64,000 nucleotides of DNA, from IMG/VR virus record IMGVR_UViG_3300009703_002976, positions 1,903 through 65,902 of that record; one strand, given 5' to 3'. Origin of the DNA: a virus. Under the pieces are notes generated by a model, which was not told where the DNA came from, did no database searches, and saw nothing but the letters and a program-made list of their open reading frames with translations. The position numbers and the translations under genes are program-made. Positions 9,703 to 19,366 of this stretch are shown piece after piece; position 1 is the stretch's first letter; each line of letters starts with the position of its first letter.

Positions 9703-10418
9703 TGGAAATATTTCTTCACGGACCTGGGGGATGTATGACAACTTGGCCCCTAACAAGATTTGCTTATAATTGGTGGAAAGATAAACCAAAAAAAATGATA
9801 TTTGAATATTCTTGGAATCTTGAAGAAAATTGGAAAAATAACGAAGATTATTCATATTTACCTAGACAAAAACTTCTTAAAAAATTCGAAGTGCCTAGGG
9901 CCGCAGACTTTTTGTATGACAAATATTGGGCTGAAAATGATACGGCTTTATATATGTGTGATTATGATAATTGCATAATTTTTGTTGAATATGATAATCG
10001 AGTATCTATGCATTATCCTGATGAATTATCATGTGTGAATTATGATATAGAATATCAATTTTCAACCGAAATGTTTTATTCGGGAGTTTCTTCAGAAATA
10101 GGTAATTGGCAACATAAAAAATATAATACATTTATTCCGTTAAAAGATTTTAGATTACATGTTAAAAAGATTAATGGTCGAAAATGGATTTTTGATCTTG
10201 ATGTAGAAAAAACTAAAGCAATGTATAATCTCTATGTTGAAACACCACATGTAGTAGATTGGTATTATAGATTACATGTTAGAAATAAAACTGTTATTGA
10301 TAATTTTAGTGAATATACAGGTATAGATTTATCTTATGATATGAATTCAGGAGATAATTTGCGAGGAGATCCTGATACTTTAGATGTTTCTGATTTTAAA
10401 TTTCATATTAATCGTTAG
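9702..10418 (+). CDS. Hypothetical protein (possible P-loop/sulfotransferase-like N-terminus)
   Basis: TAATG-coupled ORF; begins IFLHGPGGCMTT. Function not otherwise supported. Confidence 0.4.
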   Translation: MEIFLHGPGGCMTTWPLTRFAYNWWKDKPKKMIFEYSWNLEENWKNNEDYSYLPRQKLLKKFEVPRAADFLYDKYWAENDTALYMCDYDNCIIFVEYDNRVSMHYPDELSCVNYDIEYQFSTEMFYSGVSSEIGNWQHKKYNTFIPLKDFRLHVKKINGRKWIFDLDVEKTKAMYNLYVETPHVVDWYYRLHVRNKTVIDNFSEYTGIDLSYDMNSGDNLRGDPDTLDVSDFKFHINR

Positions 10419-10424
10419 AAGTAT

Positions 10425-11012
10425 ATGTGGAAACATGTAGATTTATTTGAAAGAGAGGTTGCAAGAATAATAGGAGCGCCTTATGGAATTGCTACAGATT
10501 GTTGTACTCATGCAATTTTTATTTCTTTATTATGGGAAAAAGAACATGGATTAACTGAAATAGGATTACCTAAAAGAACATATATAAGTGTTCCTCAAGC
10601 ATGTAGACATCTTAATTTAAAAATTCATTATCATAATACGCCTTGGAAAGGTTCTTATGATATTATTGGAAGCAACGTTGTGGATTCTGCTTGTCATTTT
10701 TCAGAGAACACATATAATGAAGGGTTTAGTCATTGTTTAAGTTTTCATCATCGCAAAACTTTATCTACAATACGTGGTGGTATGATTTTGACAGATAATA
10801 AAGAGTTTGCAGATTGGGCTAGACTTATGATTTATGATGGTCGTGATAGAAATAAAATGATGAAAGACGACAATCCAACATTATGTGGATATCATTATTA
10901 TATGTCCCCCGAAACAGCAATATTGGGAATGCAAAATTTAATGAAATTGGATACCTATATTCAAAAATCTATTGCAACATATAAAGACTACAAAGATATA
11001 AGTCATATATGA
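10425..11012 (+). CDS. Short DegT/DnrJ/EryC1/StrS-family PLP aminotransferase
   Basis: CCTHAIFISL, VVDSA, CLSFHHRK (PLP lysine), GGMILTD, GYHYYM; only 195 aa. Confidence 0.8.
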   Translation: MWKHVDLFEREVARIIGAPYGIATDCCTHAIFISLLWEKEHGLTEIGLPKRTYISVPQACRHLNLKIHYHNTPWKGSYDIIGSNVVDSACHFSENTYNEGFSHCLSFHHRKTLSTIRGGMILTDNKEFADWARLMIYDGRDRNKMMKDDNPTLCGYHYYMSPETAILGMQNLMKLDTYIQKSIATYKDYKDISHI

Positions 11013-12247
11013 TTTTTTGTGATATTCCTAAAATAGAAGATATTATTCCTCATTGTTGGACAGATCCAGTTGAGGGTTCTTTTCATTTACAAAAATATCT
11101 TAAAGAAAACATTCCTATAGATTCTGATGTTTGTATTATTGATAGGTCTGAAGTTGAACGATTGTGGCCTTTAGATTTATCAGAAAGCAAAATTGTTCAT
11201 AATATACATGAAGCATTGTCAAACCATACAGGAAAAATATTTTATCTTAGCGGAGATTTGAATATTTTTAAACGTTATAATAAATGGGTATTGACAACAA
11301 AACCTGATCGAAAAGTAACACCTATTGTTTTTCCTTTTTGTTTTTTTCCAAAACCGGGTTTAGTAGAAGATTTTTGTGTTGAAAGTTTAGAATTAACTTA
11401 TTCTGATGAAGAACGAGAATTATATAAACAAATACGTTTAAAAGATAAAACTAAAAATTTTATAAATTTAACTTGTAGTCCAAAATTATTAAGACTATTA
11501 TTATTAAAAAGATATTATCATTATCAAAATTTTGATTATTCATTTTTTCCATGGCATCATGGAGAAAATTTTCCAGAAGTATCTATTGATTATCCTCTTG
11601 TATGGGATAAATCTGGTCAAAAAGTGAAAGGATCTGATGGTTTTTATCAATTGAGAGATACATGGTTTTTGTCTGAACCTATTCCTATAAGAGAATTGAC
11701 AGAATTTTCTGGTGAATGGAAATCGGGAAGTAAAGATAAAATATTTTTTGATGATTCAATGCCTCAGGAAGTTTTTACAAGTTGTTGTGATATAGTAACA
11801 GAATCGTATTATTGTAATGATTCTGTGTTTTTTACTGAAAAAACTTTTAAAGAAATTATATTTAGAAGACCTTTTCTTATGTTGGGCGCTAAAAATCAAT
11901 ATAAATTTTTTAAAAAATTGGGATTTGTATTATATGATGAAATTTTTAATTATGATTTTGATGATGCTGACAATCTTAAAGAAAGATATGAAGGATTTTG
12001 TGATCAAATAGATCGATATATACATTTATCACCAATCAAATTTAATAAAAAGTTAAAAATTTTAACTGAAAAAATAGAATATAATTTTCAATTATTAAAT
12101 CAAAAAATATTAGAAAGTGTAAACATCTATGAGATGATTTCTAGATGTCATGATGATGAAAATATATTTGTTGAAAATTCAAAAATGGATAAAATGTTTG
12201 AAGATGTTTTACCACAATTAGAAGATTATACAACAGAGGTATTATGA
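11009..12247 (+). CDS. Putative glycosyltransferase-like protein ('TEK' family), paralog 2
   Basis: CCDIVTESY...FFTEKTFK...RPFLMLG...LGFVLYDEIFNYDFD. Confidence 0.5.
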   Translation: MIFCDIPKIEDIIPHCWTDPVEGSFHLQKYLKENIPIDSDVCIIDRSEVERLWPLDLSESKIVHNIHEALSNHTGKIFYLSGDLNIFKRYNKWVLTTKPDRKVTPIVFPFCFFPKPGLVEDFCVESLELTYSDEERELYKQIRLKDKTKNFINLTCSPKLLRLLLLKRYYHYQNFDYSFFPWHHGENFPEVSIDYPLVWDKSGQKVKGSDGFYQLRDTWFLSEPIPIRELTEFSGEWKSGSKDKIFFDDSMPQEVFTSCCDIVTESYYCNDSVFFTEKTFKEIIFRRPFLMLGAKNQYKFFKKLGFVLYDEIFNYDFDDADNLKERYEGFCDQIDRYIHLSPIKFNKKLKILTEKIEYNFQLLNQKILESVNIYEMISRCHDDENIFVENSKMDKMFEDVLPQLEDYTTEVL

Positions 12248-13152
12248 CAATTTATCTTTTTGGTGATAGTTATGTAGAAAACGAGCCTGCTCACTTTCTT
12301 AATGTAAGAGATCATGAAAGATGGTATGATATTCTTTCGAAAAGAATGAATGAAGAAAATGTTAATTATGGTCAAGCTGGTGAAGGTCCTATAGAAACCA
12401 TGGAAAAATTTCAAACAGGTTTAGAGTCTGGTTATTATAATGAAAATGATAAATTTGTTATTGCATTATCTTCACCATTTCGTATACCTTGGAAATGGAG
12501 AAGGAAGGGTAGAAAAGAAGATAAAGCTAATCAATTAAGAGCCGATGATATTTTGAATTCTTCTGATTTTCTTTTTCGTTCTTTTAAACAAGAATTGGGT
12601 GTTGGGTTGGGGGGTGGTGTATCATCGGCTGTCATGGAAGATTCTTATTTTTCAGGAATTGATGATGCAGATGTAAAATTTAATGAAATGCAAATATTTA
12701 CTCTAAAATCTTTTTATGATTGTATGCATGATGAATTATCATATACAAATGTAAAAAATATATGCTTATTGAAACACATTTCGATACAAAATAATTTACC
12801 TATAATTGTTTTTACAGTTTTTGATTGGAATAATACTCCTATGGAAAAAAAATCGAATAATATGTCTGTATATAATTTAGAAAATATTAATGATGATTTA
12901 TTTTATTATTATCCTACGCCCTTATTTGAACATTCAATGCGTGAATGGAAAAATAAAGAAAAGATGAATGAAGGAATGTTAAATCATTTTTCTGAACGTA
13001 ATCATGAAATAGTTGCAAATATTATTTGTAATCATTTTACTGATTCTGATTATTCTGTAAAATTTCATGAGGGGTTTATTATAGGAGATAAAAATTCTGA
13101 TAATCGAGGAAATATAGATTCAACAAAATATGTAGATTTTATTTATGATTAA
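12244..13152 (+). CDS. SGNH/GDSL-like protein, paralog 4
   Basis: LFGDSY, GEGP, NHFSERNH, ends FIYD. Confidence 0.65.
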   Translation: MTIYLFGDSYVENEPAHFLNVRDHERWYDILSKRMNEENVNYGQAGEGPIETMEKFQTGLESGYYNENDKFVIALSSPFRIPWKWRRKGRKEDKANQLRADDILNSSDFLFRSFKQELGVGLGGGVSSAVMEDSYFSGIDDADVKFNEMQIFTLKSFYDCMHDELSYTNVKNICLLKHISIQNNLPIIVFTVFDWNNTPMEKKSNNMSVYNLENINDDLFYYYPTPLFEHSMREWKNKEKMNEGMLNHFSERNHEIVANIICNHFTDSDYSVKFHEGFIIGDKNSDNRGNIDSTKYVDFIYD

Positions 13153-14509
13153 ATGGGGAACAACATTTGGTTCTCATGATGGAGCATTAGCAGTTTTTGA
13201 AAATGATAAACTTGTATTTGCTTCTGATGCAGAACGATGGTCAAGAAAAAAAAATGATCCTATCATTCCAGGTAGATTGGTAGAATTTGCAGAGAATAAA
13301 TGGGGGGTTCCTGAAACAGTATATTTTTATGAAGATTGGAATCTTAAAAATGAACGAAGAAAATTTGCAGGACAAACATCTCTTGATGAAGTTTATTTTA
13401 AATATCCCATCAGATATTGTAATCATCATTTGTCTCATGCTCGTTATGGCTATTGGACTTCTCCTTTTGTAGATTGTACAGTTTTAGTGTTAGATGCAAT
13501 TGGTGAATGGAATACTATGACTCAATGGAAAGTGAAAGATGGTAATTTTTCATTAAGTAGAGAATGGAATTATCCTAAATCTCTTGGTTTGTTTTATTCT
13601 GCAATGACTCAGGCGGCAGGTTGGAAACCAAATGAAGAAGAATATATTTTGATGGGAGCATCAGCAGTCACACAAAACTACAATATACATGATTATCAAT
13701 ATATTAAATCAATGTGGGACGATAATAAAAGTTTTCATCAAGGAATAGATATAGAAGGATTGACTGATGAGTTTGAGATAGCCGCTATAGCACAAGACAT
13801 TTATGAAGAAGAATTTCAAAAAATTATAGGTGAAATTGATGATGAAAATCTTGTTTTTGTTGGAGGATGTGCTTTAAACGTATCAGCAAATCGTTTTCTT
13901 ACAAAATTTAATACATTTATTCCCTGCAATCCAGGTGATGGTGGATCTGCTATTGGGTGTGCTTTAGATCATAAAATAGAAGCAAATCCATATCTTGGTT
14001 ACGAAATTGCAGGAGAATATCCCGTCACAGAAATTATCAAAGAACTTAAAGAAAATCATATGGTAGGTGTGGCGAAGGGTCGAGCAGAATTTGGACCAAG
14101 AGCATTGGGTAATAGATCATTTCTTGCTGATCCATCTCTTCCTGATATGAAAGATAGAGTGAATAAAGTTAAAGGACGAGAAGAATTTAGACCATTTGCA
14201 CCAATGATATTAAAAGAAGATGTAGATAGATATTTTGAAAAAGGTATTTCATCACCTTTTATGAATACAATTCGTAAGGCAAAGAAAGAAACATTGGATA
14301 AATATATGTGTATAGTACATTTAGATGGAACATCAAGAATACAAGAAGTGTCTGAGGAACCACACAGAACCCTACTTGAAGAATGGAAAAAAGAAACAGG
14401 ATGTCCAATGCTATTGAATACTTCTTTGAATATTAAGGGAGAACCAATAGTAAATACTGAACAAGATGCTAAAAAGTTTAAATTAAAAACAGGCATAGAA
14501 GTTTTATAG
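13145..14509 (+). CDS. Carbamoyltransferase (NodU/CmcH/TobZ family)
   Basis: HDGA, HHLSHA, DAIGE, SLGLFYS, GGCALN, GDGGSAIG, GRAEFGPRALGNRS, RPFAP, DGTSRIQ, LLNTSLN. Confidence 0.95.
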   Translation: MIKWGTTFGSHDGALAVFENDKLVFASDAERWSRKKNDPIIPGRLVEFAENKWGVPETVYFYEDWNLKNERRKFAGQTSLDEVYFKYPIRYCNHHLSHARYGYWTSPFVDCTVLVLDAIGEWNTMTQWKVKDGNFSLSREWNYPKSLGLFYSAMTQAAGWKPNEEEYILMGASAVTQNYNIHDYQYIKSMWDDNKSFHQGIDIEGLTDEFEIAAIAQDIYEEEFQKIIGEIDDENLVFVGGCALNVSANRFLTKFNTFIPCNPGDGGSAIGCALDHKIEANPYLGYEIAGEYPVTEIIKELKENHMVGVAKGRAEFGPRALGNRSFLADPSLPDMKDRVNKVKGREEFRPFAPMILKEDVDRYFEKGISSPFMNTIRKAKKETLDKYMCIVHLDGTSRIQEVSEEPHRTLLEEWKKETGCPMLLNTSLNIKGEPIVNTEQDAKKFKLKTGIEVL

Positions 14510-14516
14510 GAGACAT

Positions 14517-15197
14517 ATGCACATGCATGGATCATTTAATAAGATGTTGAGAGAGACTATTCATGAATCTCAAAAATGTCAAAGAAACTGGGATTTAAGT
14601 AAGCAAATTTCAGAAGAAGATAAAAATTTAATAGTTGAAGCGGCTACAAATTCTCCTTCAAAACAAAATTTAAATTATTTTAAATTACATGTGATTGAAG
14701 ATAGAGATATGATCGAAGACATACATGAAAATACTAGAGGATTTGGTCCAATTTATAAAAATTTTGATGCTGATAAAACTCCAAAAAAATTATCAGAAGA
14801 AGGAAAAGCTCATTATGAAGAAGGGGATGGTGATGGGAATTGGTACACTAATTCTCAAGTTTTAGGACAACTGTTGTTAGCATTTACTAAAAATGAACCA
14901 ACACAAATACGAGAAGAAGATGATTCTTATGAAGAAGATCGAGCCATGGCTATTGGAATAGCGGCGGGTTATGTAAATGTGATTGCTACTCAATTGGGAT
15001 ATTCTACTGGATGTTGTAAATGTATGGATTCTGATACAATACAGAATATTTTAGGAGGAGAAGCCCCTATTTTGTTGATGGGAGTTGGTGTAGCAGATAA
15101 AACAAGAGATCGTAGAGAACATCATACAGAAACCAATTTTACATTTCCCTCATTAAAATCTCTGAAAAATATTGAGACTGTTACATATCCAGCATAA
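14517..15197 (+). CDS. Nitroreductase-family flavoprotein
   Basis: CQRNWD, AATNSPSKQN, A...GYSTGCC; SD AGGAG upstream. Confidence 0.75.
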   Translation: MHMHGSFNKMLRETIHESQKCQRNWDLSKQISEEDKNLIVEAATNSPSKQNLNYFKLHVIEDRDMIEDIHENTRGFGPIYKNFDADKTPKKLSEEGKAHYEEGDGDGNWYTNSQVLGQLLLAFTKNEPTQIREEDDSYEEDRAMAIGIAAGYVNVIATQLGYSTGCCKCMDSDTIQNILGGEAPILLMGVGVADKTRDRREHHTETNFTFPSLKSLKNIETVTYPA

Positions 15198-15216
15198 CAA
15201 AATAATATAGGATATT

Positions 15217-16452
15217 ATGAAAATATGCATAGTGGGAGGTAGTACCGCAGGTTGGTGGGCGGCAGGTTATCTGGAAAAAAATATGCCAGAGTGTGAAATT
15301 GTATTATATGATTCTCCTGATATACCAAATTTAGGTGTAGGGGAATCTACCTTACCTCAAATAAAAACTTGGTTTGATGATATAGGAATAAAAGAAGAAA
15401 ATTGGTTTGATAAGTGTAATGCCGTTAAGAAATATGGTAATTATAAGCAAGGTTGGAATACTCCCCCAATAGATGATTCAATGACATTGAGATTTTGGTA
15501 TGATAGGGGATTATTTGAAGATTTATTTAATGAACCTCAAAATTGGAATAAAGATCAAACTCCAAAGAAACAAAATTTTTATGATGTTTTTGAAACAAAT
15601 TATGATTATGCTTATCATATTTGTGCAGAGTCATCTGGAAAAATGTTGAAGAATTTTTGTGAACGTACTGAAACACGATATGAGACACTTGATAAATTAC
15701 CCCCTGGTTTTGATTTATATCTTGATTGTACAGGTTTTAGTAGAAAGTTTGTTAATGATTTTACTGAGATGTCTATCAGTAAATATCATATTCTAGATAA
15801 TGCATGGGTTATAAATCTACAAAGAGAAAATGATGTTCCCATTTGTGATTTTACAAAATCTATTGCAAAAAAATATGGATGGCAATTTCAAATAGATTTA
15901 CAAAACAGAACAGGTATAGGTTATGTTTTTAGTAGTCAACATATTGATGTTGAATCTGCTCTTTTAGAGTTTAGAACGTTTTATAAGAATCGTACTCCGG
16001 TGGAAAGTGGTCATTTATGTGAACCCAAATTATATCAATGGAAACCACTTGTACTTCAAAATCCTTGGTCAAATAATATTGTAGCACTTGGTACTTCAGC
16101 GGGTTTTGTAGAACCTTTAGAAGCTACCACACTTTTTAATTTGCAAGCAGGTATAACTACTTTAGTAAGATGTTTGAAACATAAAATTCCATCAAAAGTG
16201 TATAACCGACAAATGAGAAATATTTGGAGAGACAGTTTACGGTTTATAGAATGTCATTATACGTTGAGTGATCGAAAAGATTCTAGTTTTTGGAGATATA
16301 TAACAAAAGAAAAACCCAAATATCAAAAATTAATTTGGGAATATTATGATAAATATAGTTCTGAATTTACAAATATTTTTCCATCAGGCGTCTGGGCTCA
16401 ACAAATAATTTATATGAATGCATATGATAATAGGACCACTGCAACTAACTGA
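15217..16452 (+). CDS. Flavin-dependent (tryptophan-type) halogenase
   Basis: IVGGSTAGW, GVGEST, CNAVKK (Lys at the PrnA catalytic position), WQFQIDL, GYVFS, GFVEPLEAT. Confidence 0.85.
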   Translation: MKICIVGGSTAGWWAAGYLEKNMPECEIVLYDSPDIPNLGVGESTLPQIKTWFDDIGIKEENWFDKCNAVKKYGNYKQGWNTPPIDDSMTLRFWYDRGLFEDLFNEPQNWNKDQTPKKQNFYDVFETNYDYAYHICAESSGKMLKNFCERTETRYETLDKLPPGFDLYLDCTGFSRKFVNDFTEMSISKYHILDNAWVINLQRENDVPICDFTKSIAKKYGWQFQIDLQNRTGIGYVFSSQHIDVESALLEFRTFYKNRTPVESGHLCEPKLYQWKPLVLQNPWSNNIVALGTSAGFVEPLEATTLFNLQAGITTLVRCLKHKIPSKVYNRQMRNIWRDSLRFIECHYTLSDRKDSSFWRYITKEKPKYQKLIWEYYDKYSSEFTNIFPSGVWAQQIIYMNAYDNRTTATN

Positions 16453-16888
16453 TGATCATATTTTACAAGTTCATGAATTTTGTTCTAAGTGTAAAAAATA
16501 TAATTATGTTAATAATGAATCTCTAGAATCTATGAAATGGGAAAAAGCAGATTGGTTTGCACATTTTATTAGTGATAAGATAGTTTCATTAAGTGGAGTA
16601 CATGAATTTTTAGATGGTTTTAGAATAATGTTTAGAGGAGCAACATTACCTGGTACGACAAATAAGTTATTAAATAGAGAACAGGCATATGCTCAAATGG
16701 CTTTCATACGTAATATTCACGATAAGCCCATTTTTTATTTTACTTTGAATATATCAAATAATGTTGGAAGTAAGAGTAATAGATTAAGAAAATGGATGCA
16801 TAATGGTAAATTTGGTCTGGGAGAATATGTTAAAACTGAAAAAATATTTGGTATTGAACAAGAGATTTGGCAAGTAAATAATACATGA
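16418..16888 (+). CDS. Hypothetical protein (possible GNAT-like fold)
   Basis: In-array ORF; IVSLSGVHEF..GFRIMFRGATLPG is only weakly GNAT-like. Confidence 0.4.
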   Translation: MHMIIGPLQLTDDHILQVHEFCSKCKKYNYVNNESLESMKWEKADWFAHFISDKIVSLSGVHEFLDGFRIMFRGATLPGTTNKLLNREQAYAQMAFIRNIHDKPIFYFTLNISNNVGSKSNRLRKWMHNGKFGLGEYVKTEKIFGIEQEIWQVNNT

Positions 16889-17493
16889 AAATAACTATTT
16901 TTACAAGCGGTTCTACAGGACAATCTAAAAAGATTACACATGAAGAGACTGATTTTTATAAACCCGCTAGATTTTTGTGTGAAAAATGGAAGTTGACATC
17001 TAATGATGTGATTTTAAATCCGTTTCCTTCTTGGACTATTGCAAATTGGTCTTTTTGTTTTTTTCCAGCACAACTGAGTGGTTGTCAAATGATTAATGTG
17101 AAAATGGAACCTTTGAAATTTTGGGATTTGGTTACAGAACTCAGACCTACTGTATTAACTCTCCCCATACGTACTATACGTACAATATTAAAACGAAAAA
17201 ATCCAGATTTAAGTTTTTTAAATATTTTTGCTACAGGTTCTGCTCCTGTTTCGGAATATGATATACAATTGATGAAAAGTACAGGTGCAAAAAATATTTG
17301 GAATATTTATGGTTCTACAGAATGTATTCCTCCAGTTTTAATGTCAAATAATGATGAATTCGATTTTAAAGATTCTCCTTATTATCTTGAGTATGATAAT
17401 ACTTTAATCGTGAATGGTTTTGATACTAAAGATAAATTTGAATATAATAAATGTTTAGGAAGAATGATTGTAAATGAAACATGGAAGAGTTAA
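16885..17493 (+). CDS. Minimal AMP-binding (adenylate-forming) enzyme
   Basis: IFTSGSTGQSK (A3 loop), ATGSAP, NIYGSTEC (A5); only 202 aa. Confidence 0.75.
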   Translation: MKITIFTSGSTGQSKKITHEETDFYKPARFLCEKWKLTSNDVILNPFPSWTIANWSFCFFPAQLSGCQMINVKMEPLKFWDLVTELRPTVLTLPIRTIRTILKRKNPDLSFLNIFATGSAPVSEYDIQLMKSTGAKNIWNIYGSTECIPPVLMSNNDEFDFKDSPYYLEYDNTLIVNGFDTKDKFEYNKCLGRMIVNETWKS

Positions 17494-18671
17494 TCTGTAC
17501 ATATCAACAAAATCATTTATCGATAACACAACCTGAAGGTAAAATAACTCCATGTTGTCATTTCGACAATAAACCTTATCCACATTGGGATGAAGTAAAT
17601 TTAAACTCAGTAAATTCTTTAAGTAAATTACTCAAATCTTATAGATGGTTTGAATTGAGAGATATTTTTTCTGAAGGTATAAAATATGAAGGATGTATAA
17701 ATTGCTGGAATGCTGAAAAAATAGGATATTTGAGTAAAAGAGAATATTATAATCTTATTTCAGAGAAATATGAAAAAGAAAAAATAGAAGATTTAGAAAT
17801 TGCTCTAGATTTTAATTGTAATTTCATGTGTAGATCATGTAGACCAGGTATAAGTTCAAAATGGAATACAGCAACATCTGTTATAGATCAATTAAAAGAA
17901 TTTGAAAAAGATCATTATGAACCATTATCTATTGACAATTATTCTTTCAAGTTGCGAACAATATTAGAACAATCTGACCTTTCAAATTTAAAAAGAGTTG
18001 CGATAGTTGGAGGGGAGCCTTTTTTAAGTTATAATTTAAAATGGTTTTTAAATAGTTTAAATTTAGAAAATATACAATTAAAAATTACTACTAATGGAAG
18101 TATTTTTCCAGATAAAGAATTGATGGAATTGATGAATAGATGTAAAAATGTTTATTTAGATATAAGTATTGATGCAATTGATGATTTAGCAGAAGTGATG
18201 AGATTTGGGGCTCCTTGGAAAATGATAGTTAATAATATTGAGAAATTTTTAAAAACAGATTTTATTGTTAAATTGGTAACTACTGTGAGTATAATGAATA
18301 TAAATAAATTGCAAAGTATTTTAGAGTTTTCTAGAAAATATAATTTACCACAAACATGTTATTCGCTTTTTTGGCCCAATCATTTAAGATCAAATATTGT
18401 TCCTTTAGATATAAGAAAATCTTGGACTATTAATCTTCCTCAAAAATTGAATATAATAGAATTTATGGGATATAAACATAAAAATTATAATGATGTTGAA
18501 GATTTTAATACTATAATATTAGATGAAACACAATCAGAGAATAATTTATTAGAATTTGTCAAAACAATGAATTATCTTGATGAATTTCAAAATAAAAAAT
18601 TTTCTGATGTAAATTCTGAAATATGGGAGTTAGCACATACATGCGAGAGAGTAAAAAAATATTATGCTTAG
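17481..18671 (+). CDS. Radical SAM protein with N-terminal twitch/SPASM-like domain
   Basis: C...TPCC...CINC at the N-terminus, then CNFMCRSC, GGEPF, TTNGS, SIDA. Confidence 0.9.
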   Translation: MEELICTYQQNHLSITQPEGKITPCCHFDNKPYPHWDEVNLNSVNSLSKLLKSYRWFELRDIFSEGIKYEGCINCWNAEKIGYLSKREYYNLISEKYEKEKIEDLEIALDFNCNFMCRSCRPGISSKWNTATSVIDQLKEFEKDHYEPLSIDNYSFKLRTILEQSDLSNLKRVAIVGGEPFLSYNLKWFLNSLNLENIQLKITTNGSIFPDKELMELMNRCKNVYLDISIDAIDDLAEVMRFGAPWKMIVNNIEKFLKTDFIVKLVTTVSIMNINKLQSILEFSRKYNLPQTCYSLFWPNHLRSNIVPLDIRKSWTINLPQKLNIIEFMGYKHKNYNDVEDFNTIILDETQSENNLLEFVKTMNYLDEFQNKKFSDVNSEIWELAHTCERVKKYYA

Positions 18672-19366
18672 GATGTAGTTATACAGATAAAAATTATAGA
18701 CCCGATCTTACATTTTTAAGATGGCCTGAAATTTTAGGTCAAGAGTTAAATGTTGAAATTATTAATTTAGGTCAAACTGCAGTTGGAAATGAAAAAATTT
18801 TTTATATTTTATATGATTATTTATATGATAATTCTGATATAACTGATGTATGCATTTTATGGACAGGATGGGATAGACAAAGTTTTTTCGAAACAGATTC
18901 TAAAGACATAACCTCTTCTCTTATTATGAGAATGATACAAGAATATGAAAGAGGCCTGCCGCATGGTTTTGCATATAAACATTTTTCATTAGAAAAAGTG
19001 GTTAATTTAAATTTAAGAATGTTTTATATGACTAAACAATTATGTGAATCTAAAGATATAAATTATCTTTGTAGTCAAGGCATTAGTCCTTTACAAATAT
19101 CAAAACTTGAAAAATTTAAACTTCAAGGTTATAATGCTCCCTATGATATTTTTAATCTTGGTGAATTTACAAATTTATGTAAGAAAAATCGTTATTGGGA
19201 AGGACATATGCCCAATCTTTTACATATTTTAGATTATGAAAATAAAAAAGAGTTTCATATAAGTAAAGAAGATTTTCATCCTAATGAATTGGGACATAAA
19301 GCTATATCAAATTATTTTTTAACATATTATAAAAATGATATGGAAGGTGATTTTATATATGAATGA
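18623..19366 (+). CDS. SGNH/GDSL-like protein, paralog 5
   Basis: LCLGCSYT, GNEKI, DFHPNELGH, ends FIYE. Confidence 0.7.
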   Translation: MGVSTYMRESKKILCLGCSYTDKNYRPDLTFLRWPEILGQELNVEIINLGQTAVGNEKIFYILYDYLYDNSDITDVCILWTGWDRQSFFETDSKDITSSLIMRMIQEYERGLPHGFAYKHFSLEKVVNLNLRMFYMTKQLCESKDINYLCSQGISPLQISKLEKFKLQGYNAPYDIFNLGEFTNLCKKNRYWEGHMPNLLHILDYENKKEFHISKEDFHPNELGHKAISNYFLTYYKNDMEGDFIYE

